DNA of 64,000 nt, from NCBI GenBank assembly GCA_964423025.1, contig CAYRDH010000001.1:2500-66499 (forward strand), given 5' to 3'. Positions 45,006-53,268 of this stretch are shown one piece after another (within the stretch, counting starts at the first letter, position 1; every line of letters starts with the position of its first letter). The stretch comes from an uncultured Candidatus Saccharibacteria bacterium. GTDB lineage: Bacteria > Patescibacteriota > Dojkabacteria > SC72. The notes beneath the pieces are model-generated. The model saw nothing but the letters and a program-made list of their open reading frames with translations, made no database searches and had not been told where the DNA came from. Both the position numbers and the translations under genes were made by a program.

Positions 45006-46185
45006 TTGTTGTGTATTTGCTTACATTAAGTAGTATAGCAATTCCAGCTAGTGTAACGATAGTGCTAGAGCCTCCATATGTTAGGAAGGGATTAGGGATT
45101 CCTGTTAGAGGAATTAGTCCTACGTTTGCTGCCATATTCATAAGTGCCTGTAAAACAAGCCATATCGTTATTCCTGCAGCAAGTAATTTACCCTGTTTAT
45201 CTGGAGCATTGGTGGCTATTTTAAGTCCTCTCCAGAGGAAGAAGACCCAAGAAAGTACAAGGACTGTTCCTCCAAGGAGTCCTAATTCTTCTAGAATGAC
45301 TGCGAACAAGGAATCTGTAAACGCAGTGTTCTCTACCAAGTATCCAAATCTCTGCCTTGATTGGCCAAATCCTTTCCCAAGGATACCCCCGGAACCTATC
45401 CCTATTAGTATCTGTTGCATTTGGTAACCAGTTCCTCTAGGGTCTGCAACTTCTCCTGTAAAGAGGAGAGAAAGGTATGTTTGGACTCGTTGTAATCTAT
45501 ATGGTTCTAAGATTGCTGCTGCCACACCTAATAGGAATAAAAGGACTAAGACGGAGAGCGAGCCAATGGTGTGTGCCTTACTATTTCCAGCCATTAAAAA
45601 CATAATGTAGGATGTTGCACATATAATGATTGTCGTACCTAGGTCTGGCTCTAGTATTATTAAGGAGGCTATAATACCTAGTATTGCAACAAAACTTATT
45701 AACTCATTCCATAGTCCACTAGCAAAGGCTTCTTTCAAGTCTTTGTAATCGTAATCTTTTTTAGCAAGCCAGGAGGAGAGGTACATTATGAGAACGATTT
45801 TGGCGAACTCAGCAGGTTGGATATCTACGGGACCGATGGTTAACCATCTGGTCGCGCCATTTATTTCTTTTCCAAAGAGTAATACTGCAAGAAGAAGACC
45901 TATTGTTATTATGAGTAAAGGAAAGGAAAGTTTAAGGAATTTTCGGTAATCCCAAAAATAAATTAATAGTGCAGGAACTAGGCCTATTATTATCCAAACG
46001 ATCTGTTGTTTTAGGAAATAAAATTGGTCCCCCCACACTGCTGTTGCTTTGTAGACACTTGCATCAAAAATCATTATGGCTCCAAATATTGCCATAAGGA
46101 TTGCAAAGTAAAGGATAGTTTTATCAGGCTTGTGTTTTAAGAATGAAGAGCCTTTTTTTCGATTTGGTTTGCTTTTTCTCGACAT
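44995..46185 (-). CDS. ftsW: SEDS-family peptidoglycan polymerase FtsW
   Basis: Roughly 10-TM protein with QPAEFAKI, TDSLFAVILEELG and LIPLTGIPNPFLTYGGSS motifs. It overlaps murG by 11 nt. Confidence 0.88.
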   Translation of the reverse strand: MSRKSKPNRKKGSSFLKHKPDKTILYFAILMAIFGAIMIFDASVYKATAVWGDQFYFLKQQIVWIIIGLVPALLIYFWDYRKFLKLSFPLLIITIGLLLAVLLFGKEINGATRWLTIGPVDIQPAEFAKIVLIMYLSSWLAKKDYDYKDLKEAFASGLWNELISFVAILGIIASLIILEPDLGTTIIICATSYIMFLMAGNSKAHTIGSLSVLVLLFLLGVAAAILEPYRLQRVQTYLSLLFTGEVADPRGTGYQMQQILIGIGSGGILGKGFGQSRQRFGYLVENTAFTDSLFAVILEELGLLGGTVLVLSWVFFLWRGLKIATNAPDKQGKLLAAGITIWLVLQALMNMAANVGLIPLTGIPNPFLTYGGSSTIVTLAGIAILLNVSKYTTNGK

Positions 46186-46215
46186 AATATGATTATTAAT
46201 ATACTATATTAGCAT

Positions 46216-46836
46216 ATGGAGAGGAAGGAGAGAGATAGTTCTAAAGGGTATCTTTTTGTGGTTGGTGGTCCAGGAGGCTCTGGATGTTCTGTAATCTCAA
46301 GGATGCTTGCAAAACGTTTTAACCTAAGATTGATTTATGCCGGGAAGCTCTTTAGAGATGCTGTGAGAAAAAGGGGCTATGAGGACTTTGAAGATTTCTA
46401 TACAAGTAGTAATAAGGAGAGCCTTTTAGATCTTGATCGCGAAGTGGACAGGCGTCTTATTGAGGAGTCAGATGGACAGGATTTATTATTTGACTCAAAA
46501 GCTTTTGCTGGAATTGCACATATTAAAGATATCCCCTGCACGGTGAAAATCTGGTTAACGGCATCTTTAAATGTTAGAGCTTTAAGGCATCTAGGGAAAC
46601 AGGATATTGAGGGGAAAGGTTTTTTTGAAAGATTTAGGATGTCCATAAGGGAGAGGAAGAATCTAAAGAAAAGATGGAAGTTGGATAAGGAAAGATATTT
46701 TAAACTATATGGTGTGGATTACACCAAGCCAGAGTTATACAACGACATTGTTATTGATTCCTCAAATATGAATGAGGAAGAGACATTTAATTTAATTTTA
46801 AAAAAATTAGAGAATGGACAATATCTTAAAAAATAA
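46216..46836 (+). CDS. Cytidylate-kinase-like / AAA-family nucleotide kinase homologue with a non-canonical P-loop
   Basis: Size and layout match archaeal-type Cmk-like kinases (FVVGGPGGSGCSVISRMLAKRFNLRLIYAGKLFRD ...). The Walker A position reads G-S-G-C-S (TGT codon at 46285-46287) rather than G-K-S/T. Confidence 0.5.
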   Translation: MERKERDSSKGYLFVVGGPGGSGCSVISRMLAKRFNLRLIYAGKLFRDAVRKRGYEDFEDFYTSSNKESLLDLDREVDRRLIEESDGQDLLFDSKAFAGIAHIKDIPCTVKIWLTASLNVRALRHLGKQDIEGKGFFERFRMSIRERKNLKKRWKLDKERYFKLYGVDYTKPELYNDIVIDSSNMNEEETFNLILKKLENGQYLKK

Positions 46837-47095
46837 TGAGAGAGATCCGAACCAGCTACAGAGCAATCCTGAAGATACAAATAATCCTAATAACCAGAAT
46901 TCTCAAGAGGAGAATTCAATTGCTGCACAGAAGCTAGGTTATGATTTAAATCAGGCTGCACCAGAAGATTTAGATACTCGTTGGCTCAGATGGAAGTGTT
47001 TAGTATGTGGTTATGTTTATGAGGGAGCTGTTAGGTTAAAGGTTTGTCCTAAGTGTGGAAATGAAGATCCAGATAAATTTCAAGATGCAGATTAA
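46814..47095 (+). CDS. Small protein with a disordered N/Q/E-rich N-terminus and a rubrerythrin-type mini-rubredoxin (CxxC..CxxC) zinc/iron ribbon
   Basis: The C-terminal WKCLVCGYVYEGAVRLKVCPKCGNEDPDKF has two CxxC pairs 13 residues apart. It overlaps the upstream kinase-like gene by 23 nt. Confidence 0.6.
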   Translation: MDNILKNNERDPNQLQSNPEDTNNPNNQNSQEENSIAAQKLGYDLNQAAPEDLDTRWLRWKCLVCGYVYEGAVRLKVCPKCGNEDPDKFQDAD

Positions 47096-47106
47096 TGTTT
47101 TCAGTG

Positions 47107-47193
47107 TGGTGCCGGGAGAGGGAATCGAACCCTCACTCTATTTCTAGAACGGGATTTTAAGTCCCGCGCGTCTGCCTATTCCGCCATCCCGGC
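47107..47193 (-). tRNA. tRNA-Leu (anticodon TAA), CCA encoded
   Basis: Minus-strand sequence GCCGGGA..CGGGA-CTTAAAA-TCCCG..long variable arm (TCTA-GAAA-TAGA)..GAGGG-TTCGATT-CCCTC-TCCCGGC-ACCA, folded by hand into a type II cloverleaf. Confidence 0.92.
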
Positions 47194-47269
47194 TAAGATT
47201 GTGCTATTTTAATCCAAACAGTGATATTTTTCAATTGTGCAATAGAATAATCTCTCTGGAATTTGGATT

Positions 47270-47342
47270 AGGTGACGACGGGACTCGAACCCGTGATAGT
47301 GGTTTTGCAGACCACGGCCTTAACCAGCTTGGCTACGTCACC
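47270..47342 (-). tRNA. tRNA-Cys (anticodon GCA), CCA not encoded
   Basis: Minus-strand sequence GGTGACG-TA-GCC..GGC..GTGGT-CTGCAAA-ACCAC..ACGGG-TTCGAGT-CCCGT-CGTCACC-T. The 7-bp acceptor, anticodon and T arms all pair. Its 5' end lies 1 nt downstream of the pyk stop codon (47344-47346). Confidence 0.9.
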
Positions 47343-47343
47343 A

Positions 47344-48747
47344 TTACTGGTTCAATATGTCCTTTATAGTGACAATCTCAAGGATTATGTCACTATCCTT
47401 GTTTCTTATTGAACTGCCACTAATAATAGCAATTTTGTCACTTAAATCCAACTCTCCATGGGTATAAATCGTTTGTATGGCAAGTATTGCACTTTCATCT
47501 CTATCATCTGGAAGATCTTTAATGTGATAAGTTTTTACTCCTCTGTATAGCAAGTCTTGTCTTATTCGGGAGATAGAGGAACTAATTGACCAGATAGGTA
47601 CATTCGGTCGATGTCTTGTTATACTTCCAACTGTTCCTTCTTGGTCTGAAATAACTACGATTCCTTTTAGGGGAATACTCTCAGAAAGTGTTGCAACACT
47701 CTTACAAATCTCGTCTACTTCTCTACTACAAGAGGTTCTACCATATATCGTTGTCAGTTGCATAACATTTTCTGTATTCTTTGCAATCTGGGTCATTGTT
47801 TTAACTGCTTGAACGGGATGTTTGCCCGTTGAGGTCTCTGCAGACAGCATCAAGGTGTCAGTTCCATCCATGACAGAATTCGCCACATCCGAAACTTCTG
47901 CTCTTGTTGGGTTGCTATTCTCTCTCATAGATTCAAGCATTTGGGTCGCAACAATAACAGGTTTGCCAACAGAGCGGCATTTAAAAATCATTTGCTTTTG
48001 TAATATTGGGATGTTCTCTAACGGTGTCTCAACACCTAGATCACCTCGTGCAATCATAATTCCATCTGCCTTCTCAAGAATTTCATCAAAATTCTCTAAT
48101 CCTGCCCTGTTCTCAATCTTTGCAATTATCTTAAGTTTACTGTTCTTTACTAGCTCTCGAGCATAGAGAATATCTTGTGCATTTCTTACGAAAGATACAC
48201 AGATAAAGTCTAATTTGTTTTCAATTGCGGTTTTAATATCTACCTCATCCTTCTCAGTAAAAATGGGGAAATTCAGATCTATTTCAGGAATGTTTACTGT
48301 TTTATTAGGTTTTAGAATGCCTGGTTGGAGTACCTCACAGATAATCTCAGAGCCCTTAATATCTAAAACATTAAGTTTAATAGTCCCATCATCAAGAAGA
48401 ATCTTAGTGTTTCTTGTTACTGTATTGTGTAGGTCTGCATAAGATATCTTTATACTGTTTGGGACTGATTGATTGGCGGAGGAAAGAGAGACTTTGCCTT
48501 CTATCGAAATCTCTTTATCAACGCCAACAACCCTTACCTTTGTTCCTTGAGTATCTAACATTATTGCAATTCTTGGGGACACTTCTCTTAAGGTCTTTGT
48601 TACTCTTTCAACCTCTGCTTTGTCTGCAAAAGAGGCATTAATCCTCGCGACTTCCATGCCGTTGTCATACATTTCTTCCAGGATGTTCTTATCCCATGAG
48701 GAAGGTCCTATTGTGGCTATTATTTTTGTTTTAGAAAAATTTTTCAT
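47344..48747 (-). CDS. pyk: Pyruvate kinase
   Basis: KTKIIATIGPSS, ARINASF, IIAKIEN, MIARGDLGVE and VIVATQMLESM motifs. Confidence 0.95.
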   Translation of the reverse strand: MKNFSKTKIIATIGPSSWDKNILEEMYDNGMEVARINASFADKAEVERVTKTLREVSPRIAIMLDTQGTKVRVVGVDKEISIEGKVSLSSANQSVPNSIKISYADLHNTVTRNTKILLDDGTIKLNVLDIKGSEIICEVLQPGILKPNKTVNIPEIDLNFPIFTEKDEVDIKTAIENKLDFICVSFVRNAQDILYARELVKNSKLKIIAKIENRAGLENFDEILEKADGIMIARGDLGVETPLENIPILQKQMIFKCRSVGKPVIVATQMLESMRENSNPTRAEVSDVANSVMDGTDTLMLSAETSTGKHPVQAVKTMTQIAKNTENVMQLTTIYGRTSCSREVDEICKSVATLSESIPLKGIVVISDQEGTVGSITRHRPNVPIWSISSSISRIRQDLLYRGVKTYHIKDLPDDRDESAILAIQTIYTHGELDLSDKIAIISGSSIRNKDSDIILEIVTIKDILNQ

Positions 48748-48869
48748 ATGGGCAGATATATTTAAAAGTATAGCATATGAATTTCTAGAGATACATAAAG
48801 GGCATATTTATATATTTTGAAAGGATTATCTCTTTACAGATAGGTATCACTTTATGATATATTAATAGT

Positions 48870-49280
48870 ATGAAAGAAGTAATAAGGTCTCTGTTTGTTT
48901 ATTCATTAATTTTGTTTTTTGTTTTTAGCTTTTTCTCGGAATCTTTAATATTACCCGAGAGCTCATCTTACTTGATCCTTACTATATTAATACTCAGCTT
49001 TACGGTGATGATTGCATGCCCTGTACTTAATTTCTTGACTATTAAATGTAATTTCCCAACCTTTTTCCTTATGACTACCCTACTATTGGTAGGTATTATT
49101 TACCTTCTGAAGCTTTTTATGGTTGGTTTTTACATAGAATCCTATACCTTTGCAGGGTTGGATATGGGGGAATTACAAATCTCTGAATTTGAAGTAACAC
49201 CTATAATTTCAATTCTGTTCTTCTCTGTTTTCTCTTCTTTTCTATGTTCAATATACAAAGCTCTCGATTCTTCTAAGTAA
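48870..49280 (+). CDS. Small 4-TM membrane protein (possibly YvlD / phage-holin-4_2-like family)
   Basis: Four hydrophobic segments. The central CPVLNFLTIKCNFPTFFLMTTLLLVGIIYLLKLFMVGFYIES resembles the ..N..iRPil..LtlP...lTLGLf..viN.l.l.l......Gf.v.. pattern. The family assignment is weak. Confidence 0.45.
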   Translation: MKEVIRSLFVYSLILFFVFSFFSESLILPESSSYLILTILILSFTVMIACPVLNFLTIKCNFPTFFLMTTLLLVGIIYLLKLFMVGFYIESYTFAGLDMGELQISEFEVTPIISILFFSVFSSFLCSIYKALDSSK

Positions 49281-49324
49281 ATTTCTTTTCTCTAAAAATA
49301 AGTTAATTTGATGTATAATACGGT

Positions 49325-49555
49325 ATGGACAATTTAACAAAAATACTTTTGGTGTCACAGATTATTGTTTGTGGAATACTTGTAGTTAGTATTTTACTTC
49401 AAAATAGAGCTGAGGGATTAGGTAAGATGTTTGGAGGAGGTGGTGAGGTATTTAGAACAAAGAGAGGTTTAGAAAAGTTTCTTTACTACTTCACAATCTT
49501 CTTAATAGCTGTTCTAGTCTTCCTCTCTTTAGCAATACTTAAGTATGCAGAATAA
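49325..49555 (+). CDS. secG: Preprotein translocase subunit SecG
   Basis: 76 aa and two TM helices, with the characteristic LLQNRAEGLGKMFGGGGE loop. Confidence 0.85.
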   Translation: MDNLTKILLVSQIIVCGILVVSILLQNRAEGLGKMFGGGGEVFRTKRGLEKFLYYFTIFLIAVLVFLSLAILKYAE

Positions 49556-49605
49556 CTTCTTTAGAGAAGACATTTGTATATAAATATTCAGGAGTTAGTT
49601 TCAAA

Positions 49606-51429
49606 GTGAAAGAAAAAAAGAAAAAGAAGGAGAACAAAGAGGTAAGAGTAAAAGAAGTATCAATTCATAAGAAAAAGAATAGTGATAAGGTCTCAATGAA
49701 AGAGGCTCTTTTAGGTATACAGGAAGGAAGTGGCCAGAAACTTAAGGAGGAAAAGAAGAAGGTTGATATTAGGGATTATTGGTGGAATTATCCAAAGTTT
49801 CTATGGAGAGGTTTTAAGAACAGTATCCCCTTCAGTTACACAATCCTTTTTCTTGTTGTTGGCTTTCTAATAGCTAGTTTTCTTCAATCTGATGCTGTCG
49901 CAAGGATTATGGATGACTCCAAAGTGAATGACACTTTTGTAGAGGGTTCTGTAGGTGCGATATCAACATTTAACCCTTTGTTTATGTCGGTGAATTATGT
50001 AGATAAGACAGTGCAGAAGTTAGTTTTTGACAAGTTAGTATATATCGACGATGAGGGACAACCTCTCCCAGGTGTTGCTAGTGAGTGGGAATTTGTGGAA
50101 GACGACATGGCTTACGAATTTACCATAAAAGAGAATTTGTATTGGCAAGATGGTGAGGAAGTTACTGTAGACGATATTGTTTTTACTTTTTCAATTGCAA
50201 AAACATTGGCAGAGGATTATGGTTTTGACTCAGTAGGAATTTCTCTTATAGGGGTTGATGTAGAGAAGGTTGACGATGAGACAGTCCGCTTTACACTCCC
50301 GGAGCCTAATCCAACATTTTTTGAGGCAGTTTCTCAGTTTATTGTTCCAAAGCATAGGCTAGAGGAAGAGAGACTTGAAGAGTTGCCTTTTAATATGTTT
50401 GCAAGGTATCCAATAGGAAGTGGTAGGTATAAAGTTACTAGGACAGAACAGAACTCTGTTTATCTACAAGATAATGAATATGATTCCATAGATCCCTCCA
50501 TTAATAATATTGTTCTTAGGGTCTTTCCTGACCAAGAGACTCTTGAGATGTCCTTTAGAATAGGAGCTCTGGATGCTATAGGAGCATGGGATAAGGATCT
50601 GCTCTCTTTCACAGAAGAGTACTCTAATCTTCAAGAGTTCAAGCAGGTTGAGGATTATCGTACTAAGTTAATATTTTTCAACACTAGAAAAGAGACACTT
50701 GAAGGGAAGGATATACGAATAGGACTCAGTTATATTATAGATAAGGAAAGGTTAATAGAGGATTCTAATATTGGTGGTGTTGTAAGAAAAGGGCCATTTG
50801 CAGAGACATCATGGGCTTTTAATGAGGAGATAGAGTATTACAATTATAACCCAGAAAAAGCTGCTGAGTATTTTAAGAACCTTGGTTATACTAAGAGTGA
50901 GGAAGGAGGCTTTTTTGAAGCAGAGAATGGTGAAATCCTTTCTTTTACACTTAGCTATTTTGACAGTATTACAAATGAAAGACTTGTATCTACTCTTAAG
51001 GAGTTGCTGAAGGAGGAAGGTGTTGTTCTAAAAAGCGAGAAGCTTACATACAACCAGATTACTCAAGAGATTATTGCTACCCGCGATTTTGATCTTCTTC
51101 TTTATGAGGTTGAAACTACAATTGATCCAGATCAATATAATCTGTGGCACTCACTTAAATCTAGCTACCCTGATCTAAATATCTCTGGTTATGCCTATGA
51201 GAGAGTGGATATCCTTTTGGAAGATGCTAGGAAGACAATGGAGAGAAAGGATAGGAAGGAGAAATATGATCTGTTTCAGAAATATTTAATAGCGGATGCT
51301 CCTGTCATCTTCTTATACAACCCTCAGTTCTCCTATTATGTAAAGGAGAAAGTAAAAGGTATAGACTTCTCAAATGTAAATTATTCTTACCAAAGATTTA
51401 ATAATATCCAGGAGTGGGTATTAGAATAA
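49606..51429 (+). CDS. Family-5 ABC-type solute-binding protein (Opp/Dpp/Nik-like), anchored by an N-terminal TM helix after a Lys-rich tail
   Basis: GTG start 10 nt after AGGAG. KKKKKENKE.. tail and TM helix ILFLVVGFLIASFL. The SBP_bac_5-like body includes FNPLF.., LVYIDDEGQPLPGVASEWEF and YKVTRTEQNSVYLQDNEYD. No permease or ATPase genes are adjacent. Confidence 0.75.
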   Translation: MKEKKKKKENKEVRVKEVSIHKKKNSDKVSMKEALLGIQEGSGQKLKEEKKKVDIRDYWWNYPKFLWRGFKNSIPFSYTILFLVVGFLIASFLQSDAVARIMDDSKVNDTFVEGSVGAISTFNPLFMSVNYVDKTVQKLVFDKLVYIDDEGQPLPGVASEWEFVEDDMAYEFTIKENLYWQDGEEVTVDDIVFTFSIAKTLAEDYGFDSVGISLIGVDVEKVDDETVRFTLPEPNPTFFEAVSQFIVPKHRLEEERLEELPFNMFARYPIGSGRYKVTRTEQNSVYLQDNEYDSIDPSINNIVLRVFPDQETLEMSFRIGALDAIGAWDKDLLSFTEEYSNLQEFKQVEDYRTKLIFFNTRKETLEGKDIRIGLSYIIDKERLIEDSNIGGVVRKGPFAETSWAFNEEIEYYNYNPEKAAEYFKNLGYTKSEEGGFFEAENGEILSFTLSYFDSITNERLVSTLKELLKEEGVVLKSEKLTYNQITQEIIATRDFDLLLYEVETTIDPDQYNLWHSLKSSYPDLNISGYAYERVDILLEDARKTMERKDRKEKYDLFQKYLIADAPVIFLYNPQFSYYVKEKVKGIDFSNVNYSYQRFNNIQEWVLE

Positions 51430-51475
51430 ATAGTTAACCTCATCTCATACTGTTAATCCTCAACAGATTTAATGG

Positions 51476-51562
51476 TGGTGCCAAGAGGGGGACTTGAACC
51501 CCCACCCTATTGCTAGGACTACGTTCTGAACGTAGCGTGTCTGCCAATTTCACCATCCTGGC
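51476..51562 (-). tRNA. tRNA-Leu (anticodon CAG), CCA encoded
   Basis: Minus-strand sequence GCCAGGA..CTACG-TTCAGAA-CGTAG..long variable arm..GGGGG-TTCAAGT-CCCCC-TCTTGGC-ACCA. Type II cloverleaf folded by hand. Confidence 0.92.
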
Positions 51563-51596
51563 ATGGTTTCTTAACAAGGATATTTTATCACGAAAA

Positions 51597-52736
51597 CTAT
51601 GACTTTGAGGTAACCTTCACTTCTATATTATCTTTCTCTTTCCCTTCTGTATCATCAGGATCGAACTTTTTATAATCTTTTAGAAAATCTACTTTTGTTA
51701 AAATCTTTTCAGTTTTACTCTTCTTCTTTTTGTTCTTCTCTTTTTTTGTCTTCTTTTCTTCTTTAACCTCTTTTTCCTTCTCCTCTGGTTCTGCTTTCTG
51801 TGAGAGCTTTTCTTTAAGTGTCACTTCCTTTTTCCCCATTCCATTTTGTTCCATCTTCTTCTCAAAGCTTTTAATCGTCTTATTGTCGATACTACCCTTA
51901 ACTAGTGAAGTTATTAGAAGGCATATTACAAAGCCAAGGATAAAAGCACCACCTACAAGAAGTCCTAGGTCAATGTTTTGTGATATTGTAGTCCCAAGAT
52001 TTTCAAGAGAGAGGTCCTTAAAGCTAAAGTATATCTCCTTGTCATTATTGAAACTTATATTGCTGGATTCTCCAACCTCAAAGGTTAAAGATTCTGACAA
52101 ATTACTTGCATACCCATTTCTCCTTGTGAATGCTGAGAATGTATAGACTCCTTCACTTAGTTCCTCGTCGCTTATTGATATCTCCCAATTACCTTGTGTG
52201 TCTATGGTTGTTTCCTCGACAGAAATGTTTTTACCTGAAGAAAGAATTAAGACCAAGTCTGAATTTGACAAGCCAGTTCCTGAGAGTTTAAGTAAAGCTT
52301 CTTCAAATAGAGGGGAATTCATTATTGGTGGGCGTGGAATTACAATCATCTCTTTCTCAAGTATTTGTGTTGAACCATATTTGTCAACAAATCTAAACTT
52401 TAGTTCATGCTGACCAATGCTTAGTGCTGGTAAAGTATAAGGACTTGAAATTTTCTCAAAACCTCCTTCATCTATCTCTAACTCTACCCCACTATTGTCA
52501 TCTGAAGGATCTACGAAAGTTATTATGTGGCTAGGATTATCTGTTGTTTCTGGGATATCTAGGAGAAGCTGCTGTAAGAAATCTTCTTTTCTCTCGACTT
52601 CTTTTTCTTCAAGCTCTGCTATGTCTTGTGCGAAAACATTCCCTGTGGGTGCAACCACTATGGTAGCAAGGGAGAAAACAGTAAAGATTGCTAACAACTG
52701 TAGCAAGGAGTTTTTATTAATTTTCAGGTTTTTCAT
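51597..52736 (-). CDS. Type-I anchored surface protein: signal peptide, two beta-sandwich/Ig-like modules, TM helix, roughly 100-aa K/E-rich cytoplasmic tail
   Basis: Signal peptide LLQLLAIFTVFSLATIVVAPTGNVFA-QD. Modules include HELKFRFVDKYGSTQ and LKLSGTGLSNSDLVLILSSGKNISVEETTIDTQGNWEISISDEELSEGVYTFSAF. TM helix LGLLVGGAFILGFVICLLITSLV, then a KEKEVKEEKKTKKEKNKKKKSK tail. Confidence 0.75.
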   Translation of the reverse strand: MKNLKINKNSLLQLLAIFTVFSLATIVVAPTGNVFAQDIAELEEKEVERKEDFLQQLLLDIPETTDNPSHIITFVDPSDDNSGVELEIDEGGFEKISSPYTLPALSIGQHELKFRFVDKYGSTQILEKEMIVIPRPPIMNSPLFEEALLKLSGTGLSNSDLVLILSSGKNISVEETTIDTQGNWEISISDEELSEGVYTFSAFTRRNGYASNLSESLTFEVGESSNISFNNDKEIYFSFKDLSLENLGTTISQNIDLGLLVGGAFILGFVICLLITSLVKGSIDNKTIKSFEKKMEQNGMGKKEVTLKEKLSQKAEPEEKEKEVKEEKKTKKEKNKKKKSKTEKILTKVDFLKDYKKFDPDDTEGKEKDNIEVKVTSKS

Positions 52737-52757
52737 TCTGGGACAGTTAAATTTATT

Positions 52758-53249
52758 TTACTTTTTCATTTTATCAATGAAAAGAACTCCTTCCAAGTGA
52801 TCGAGTTCATGCTGTACTGCTATTGCATTTATATCTTTTAATTTCTTTGTTTTCCACTTTCCGTCTTTATCCTGGTATTTAATCTTTACCTTCCTGTATC
52901 TTAAGACCTCTCCTTCGATATTAGGAACGCTGAGGCACCCTTCAATGGTTGAGGTTTTACTAAATCCTATCGGTGTTATCTCTGGGTTTATAAATAATTG
53001 CCACTTATCTGTGTCGTAATTTAGTGTGTAGAAGGCTCTTATGTTTTTACCTACCTGAGGAGCTGCTATCCCACCGGCAGGAACGTTGTCCTGTTCTTCG
53101 CTATGGAGGGCTGTGTAGAGTAAGTTATCTAAAAACTCTTGGAACTTAGGATCTTTAAATTGCTCTTCCTTTACAGGAGTGCTTTTTTCCCTTAGTCTTT
53201 TCTCTTCCTCTTTGTCTTCTATTGTATATATCTTCAGTTGTTTTGACAT
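52758..53249 (-). CDS. def: Peptide deformylase
   Basis: GIAAPQVG, EGCLSVP and HELDHLEG motifs. ATG at 53249 (MSKQLKIY..) is preferred; the track's extension to 53330 would overlap the candidate small ORF upstream. Confidence 0.9.
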   Translation of the reverse strand: MSKQLKIYTIEDKEEEKRLREKSTPVKEEQFKDPKFQEFLDNLLYTALHSEEQDNVPAGGIAAPQVGKNIRAFYTLNYDTDKWQLFINPEITPIGFSKTSTIEGCLSVPNIEGEVLRYRKVKIKYQDKDGKWKTKKLKDINAIAVQHELDHLEGVLFIDKMKK

Positions 53250-53268
53250 AGTAGGAAGTATATCACAA

